From NCBI GenBank assembly GCA_963768215.1, contig CAVYHW010000075.1, positions 1-63,989 on the forward strand: 63,989 nucleotides of DNA, in the 5' to 3' direction. The notes under the pieces are model-generated. The model worked only from the letters and a program-made list of their open reading frames with translations, ran no database searches and had not been told where the DNA came from. Source of the DNA: an uncultured Gammaproteobacteria bacterium. Its GTDB lineage: Bacteria; Pseudomonadota; Gammaproteobacteria; SZUA-229. The position numbers and the translations under genes were made by a program. The first letter of the stretch is position 1; every line of letters begins with the position of its first letter. Shown piece after piece: positions 60,889 through 63,989 of the stretch.

Positions 60889-61521
60889 TTATTTTTTAAA
60901 CGGTACTTTTATTATCCCCTGTTTGATGAATCCTGATTCTACACCTGCTTCTTCATAGTGAACACGGATATTGTGCTTAATGTCGAGGATACCAATATAG
61001 CGGTGGCCTATGTGCTGCTTCAGGTTTGAAGCATAGTCCAGGTCAAGAAAATGACACAGCAATCCGCGGATAACTCCCGCATGGACCACGATCATAACGA
61101 CATCCTTCGGGTGCTTGTGGGCAAGTTTTAGTATATAGGCAACACTTCGCTTCTGCATTTGCTTGAAACTCTCACCATTTGGGAAAATATAATCCGGGTC
61201 TTTTTTATATTCAGGAATGTGCTGCTGGACCCATTGTTTGCTTTTTTTACTGATATCTCCGTAATTGATTTCATTCAGCGCAATTGAATGCTGGACTTTG
61301 CTGATATTGTGGAAATGGCTATAGAACCGGCCGGTATTGCGTGCCCGCCGCAGTTCACTTGTGTAGATGTGGTCAATATGGATTTTTGATTTGCGTAGTA
61401 TATCGTTTACGTAGTTGATGTCCTGTCGCCATTCTTTGACGGGTGGTGAATCACCCCAGCCAATGATTTTCTCGGTTTCATTACTGGTTGTTTTGTAATG
61501 CCTGACAATAATTACGCGCAT
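60889..61521 (-). CDS. Histidine phosphatase superfamily (phosphoglycerate mutase-like) protein
   Basis: 210 aa with VRHYKT (RH motif), SELRRARNT, NEINYG and VVHAGVIRG. Confidence 0.8.
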   Translation of the reverse strand: MRVIIVRHYKTTSNETEKIIGWGDSPPVKEWRQDINYVNDILRKSKIHIDHIYTSELRRARNTGRFYSHFHNISKVQHSIALNEINYGDISKKSKQWVQQHIPEYKKDPDYIFPNGESFKQMQKRSVAYILKLAHKHPKDVVMIVVHAGVIRGLLCHFLDLDYASNLKQHIGHRYIGILDIKHNIRVHYEEAGVESGFIKQGIIKVPFKK

Positions 61522-61556
61522 TTTATTTTACAGCCTGAATATTTATCAATGTAGTT

Positions 61557-62795
61557 TTAGGTATTACTGTCAATAGCTGTAAAGTCAGGCGGAAAACGTT
61601 GGATAATAATCTGGCTGGTAATTTCCAGTATTTCACGTATGGTGTCTTCTACATTTACATTGGGGACAATATGGACATTTTCATTGTCAGCCAGCTCTAG
61701 CAGCCAGGTTTGCAGTTCCCAGATCTCATCGATAAACTCTTCATGATCAGATTGTCTGTATTGGCTTTGTTTTCGGATGCGTTTCTTTAGTTGCTTTTTC
61801 AGTGACTTCTTGTCCATTGTTGCCAGCATAAACTGTATACAAACCACTTCCTTTTCATCATCACATATACCGAGCTCGGCAGGAACAATATGCACACCTT
61901 CCAGGATCAGGTGTTCATTTTCCTGAAATGCCCGTTGCAGGGTTGTTTCAATAGCAGGTTTCATCGATGATAACTGGGCCAAAAAGCCGGTAATAACCTT
62001 GTTGTTGCTTTCATCCTGTATGGCAGAACTTAATGGCGGCAGTCCTCGCCATGCTTCAAAACTGGAGTATTGTAAGGTAGGTGTAATCTGGCTGGGCAGG
62101 TAAGGGCGAATGACCTGACGAATCATATCTGTTGATTGTGTTCTTGAGATATCCAGCCGATATGCCAGTTCGGCAGCAATAGTGCTTTTACCCGTGCCGG
62201 TTGCACCACCTATCATGATGATTAAAGGTATGCCTGAATTCTGGAAACGTCGCCACGCCAGATATTTGTCTGCTGCTTTTTCGGAACAATGATCGCGCAA
62301 ACAGCGGTATATAAGCTTGCGTAACGATTTATGATCAATTTCTTTGTGTCCGGTTTTTCGAATGGTTGCCAGTACCTTGCTTGCACCTTCAAGTGCAAGT
62401 TTCGGGTTTATTGAGCAAGCTTCCAGGGAATGGCTCATGATGCCAACAGAAAAAGCTGTGCTCCGTGTCGGAGTGTGTACGATAACATCTGATTTAGGCC
62501 GGTGCCTGGCAAGATATGCCATTTGTGCCTGTTTGCCATAACGTCTGGCCAGTGCTGATGAAACCAGTTCCTGCAACTCACTGTTGCTAATTTCGGACCT
62601 GTTTTTTATTTCATCGCGAATTGACAGGGACAGATCATAAGCCTCGTCGAACGGGATGTCGATACTGGCGAGTGAACGCACCAGAATGCCTTTCAGGAAA
62701 GGTGTTTTATCACCGTCAGGGGTATGTGCAACGAATACTTTTGCCATTATTGAGAATTTTGTAATATTGAGGCAGGTGTCATTTGAGCTTATCAC
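61557..62795 (-). CDS. ATP-cone + P-loop kinase (COG2074 2-phosphoglycerate-kinase-like), paralog A. The probable start is at 62747 (MAKVFV).
   Basis: The N-terminus is ATP-cone-like (VFVAHTPDGDKTPFLKGILVRSL...). The Walker A is IGGATGTGKSTIA, followed by RTQSTDMIRQVIR. Confidence 0.65.
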   Translation of the reverse strand: MISSNDTCLNITKFSIMAKVFVAHTPDGDKTPFLKGILVRSLASIDIPFDEAYDLSLSIRDEIKNRSEISNSELQELVSSALARRYGKQAQMAYLARHRPKSDVIVHTPTRSTAFSVGIMSHSLEACSINPKLALEGASKVLATIRKTGHKEIDHKSLRKLIYRCLRDHCSEKAADKYLAWRRFQNSGIPLIIMIGGATGTGKSTIAAELAYRLDISRTQSTDMIRQVIRPYLPSQITPTLQYSSFEAWRGLPPLSSAIQDESNNKVITGFLAQLSSMKPAIETTLQRAFQENEHLILEGVHIVPAELGICDDEKEVVCIQFMLATMDKKSLKKQLKKRIRKQSQYRQSDHEEFIDEIWELQTWLLELADNENVHIVPNVNVEDTIREILEITSQIIIQRFPPDFTAIDSNT

Positions 62796-62915
62796 TCCTT
62801 ATTTTTGTCGTCCAGCGTTACACTCTCTTGTAATTGATTTGAGTTAAGGGCCTTTTGCTTATAGTAAAGCAAAATGTATATAATAGAATTTGTGATTTTT
62901 ATATGCATAAACAAT

Positions 62916-63186
62916 CTAGGGTCTGTTAACACTAATTAAATTATCACTGTTGTGATTGAGAAAGTGTCAATCAAGGCACGAGGAGAGCAGTTTGGTTATT
63001 CCAAATAAACGACGAGTAACGCTGAGTGGCACTTTTTAAACCACAACCCGAAGGGTCGGGTCCATTTTTCCGTCCAACTGCGTTGTCAATCGTTTGAGTA
63101 GAATGACTACACTTCACTCTTTCCGTCTTGTTGGTCAAAAAAATGGCCCCGACAGCGGCAATTTAATTAGTGTTAACAGGCCCTAG
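62916..63186. mobile_element. 263-bp MITE (62920-63182) flanked by CTAG on both sides
   Basis: The TIRs are ggtctgttaacactaattaaatt / aatttaattagtgttaacaggcc (1 mismatch). CTAG lies at 62916-62919 and 63183-63186. It has no ORF. Confidence 0.75.
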
Positions 63187-63200
63187 GAAACTGAGTCGCA

Positions 63201-63989
63201 ATGTCAAAAATTCTGGTTGAAACCCTTGGAGAAATGACAAGAGTACCCTTTTTGAGGGGCATTCTTATACGCTCGCTGCAGGATTCAGGGATTAATTTTG
63301 ATGATGCTCTTGAATTTGCAACCGCTATTAGATCAGAGCTGGGTGACACGTCTGTTATTACAACAGATGAGCTTCGTAACATGGTCATAAGCAGGCTTAA
63401 GCGTTCATTCAGGGCTGATCTTGTGCAGCGCTATGAAGAACGCAAATTGCCTTTCATGATACAGATTGAAAGCAGCGATGGTCAGGTTACTGAATTTTCG
63501 TTATCAGAATATTGTAAATGTCTGGAGACCATTGGCCTGAAAGCTGATGAAGCCAAGTCTGTCGCTGAAACAGTTAATGCACATTTAATAAAACGTGAGA
63601 CCGGTATTATTAAATCCAGTTATATCGCCTATTTTACCTACCGTTTGTTGCATAAATTGAAACAATTCGGTCCGGCAGTGGCACATCGATGGCTGGTCTG
63701 GCGTGATTTTATTACCAGTGGCCGGTCAATGATATTTATGATTGGTGGTACAGCAGGTTGTGGCAAAAGTACCACAGCAACTGACCTTGCCAGTCGCCTT
63801 AATATAGTGCGCACGCAGTCAACAGATATGTTACGTGAAGTGATGCGTGTTATGGTTCCCAGGCACCTGCAGCCGATGCTGTATGAGTCGTCATATACAG
63901 CCTGGAAAAAACTGCCGTATGCCAGTAACAGTCAGAAGAAGCAGGAAGAGCTTCTTATTGATGGTTACTGTGCGCAGGCGGATATTATG
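63201..63989 (+). CDS. ATP-cone + P-loop kinase (2-phosphoglycerate-kinase-like), paralog B. It is 5' complete and runs off the window end.
   Basis: Hand translation gives MSKILVETLGEMTRVPFLRGILIRSL...MIGGTAGCGKSTTATDLASRLNIVRTQSTDMLREVMR... The frame is open for 263 codons to position 63989. It is absent from the ORF track because it has no stop. Confidence 0.7.
   Translation, partial: MSKILVETLGEMTRVPFLRGILIRSLQDSGINFDDALEFATAIRSELGDTSVITTDELRNMVISRLKRSFRADLVQRYEERKLPFMIQIESSDGQVTEFSLSEYCKCLETIGLKADEAKSVAETVNAHLIKRETGIIKSSYIAYFTYRLLHKLKQFGPAVAHRWLVWRDFITSGRSMIFMIGGTAGCGKSTTATDLASRLNIVRTQSTDMLREVMRVMVPRHLQPMLYESSYTAWKKLPYASNSQKKQEELLIDGYCAQADIM

Overview
The window is a 64-kb gammaproteobacterial chromosomal segment, moderately AT-rich by eye. 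It is dominated by conserved housekeeping blocks. I found no rRNA, tRNA, CRISPR array, intact IS element or prophage by eye. All product calls come from motif and synteny recognition only; no database search was run.

Housekeeping content:
- ccmABCDEF(G') cytochrome c maturation genes.
- cytochrome c4 / engB, then polA / thrB.
- TRAP transporter genes, plsB and uvrD.
- ubiE-ubiJ-ubiB.
- hslVU, an ftsN-like SPOR gene, argS and priA.
- a complete pstS-phoU-pstC-pstA-pstB-pstB phosphate uptake operon.

Observations worth a second look:
1. A giant lipoprotein cytochrome (10793-14089) carries 36 CXXCH motifs plus one CX4CH, arranged as about 18 tandem diheme modules. Together with an anion permease it sits inside the otherwise conserved engB-polA junction.
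2. The phosphate locus is atypical in three ways. PhoU is fused to a catalytically dead ArsC/LMW-PTP-like domain. The two PstB ATPases carry complementary motif degeneracies, which suggests an asymmetric heterodimer. A histidine phosphatase and two divergent ATP-cone/P-loop (2-phosphoglycerate-kinase-like) paralogs lie immediately downstream.
3. A 5.7-kb envelope metal/redox gene cluster (48.5-54.2 kb) carries at least 12 reading-frame disruptions, while the flanking genes are intact.
4. A 770-bp AT-rich gap next to priA contains perfect, paired DnaA boxes.
5. A candidate sRNA lies at the position that, from memory, spf and ErsA occupy in E. coli and Pseudomonas.
6. Intergenic regions hold an unusual diversity of long hairpin and MITE-like repeats, two of them with recognisable target-site duplications.
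7. The left end of the window (1-3071) is a foldback inverted duplication with an error-laden left arm. It is most likely an assembly or read artefact.
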